DNA of 55,168 bases. Source: a virus. Taxonomy: Duplodnaviria; Caudoviricetes. The translations under genes were made by a program, and so were the position numbers. Position 1 is the stretch's first letter, and every line of letters starts with the position of its first letter. The DNA lies in the IMG/VR virus record IMGVR_UViG_3300031673_000058, positions 1 to 55,168 of that record. One strand, written 5' to 3'. Below the pieces are notes generated by a model. It was not told the DNA's origin and made no database searches. It worked only from the letters and a program-made list of their open reading frames with translations. This document shows, in pieces, positions 55,166-55,168 of this stretch.

Positions 55166-55168
55166 TAT

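Larger units (their letters stand above)
1..55168. mobile_element. Temperate tailed phage genome (siphovirus-like), probably the circular excised form
   Basis: Terminase, portal, capsid, tail tube, tape measure, endolysin, integrase with internal attP; 27-bp terminal direct repeat; no tail sheath seen. Confidence 0.95.

Overview
The window looks like a complete or near-complete ~55.1 kb temperate tailed phage (siphovirus-like) genome, probably assembled as a circle: the first 27 bp recur at 55140-55166. Several features suggest a Chloroflexota host (inference): AGAAC-N4-GTTCT LexA boxes, heptamer tandem repeats and Pro/Thr-rich lipoprotein linkers. Gene order is: ParB-like protein, TAGT/GREB1-like glycosyltransferase and RarA C-terminal-like gene; lysis cassette; nucleotide-sugar dehydrogenase; terminase; fused protease-scaffold-capsid; connectors; a displaced portal and MuF; methyltransferase and GT4; tail genes; nuclease lipoprotein; attP (3' half of tRNA-Asn) and integrase; early genes with ParB, ParA and a DnaA-N replication protein followed by a palindromic origin; a second XerD-like recombinase; amidoligase/GATase/ParB; RadC. 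Four non-coding signals stand out. (1) Eight tripartite sites are spread around the genome at gene-block boundaries. Each is an inverted arm-6 bp-arm core (arm consensus TTAACNGRCGTTTT, all eight spacers different) plus a third arm closing an 80-bp unit (81 bp once) with a variable interior. (2) A small integron-like attC cassette array is present without IntI. (3) A four-copy promoter repeat precedes accessory genes. (4) A roughly ten-copy stop/RBS/start linker repeat sits at gene junctions. All protein calls come from motif recognition by eye; no searches were run.
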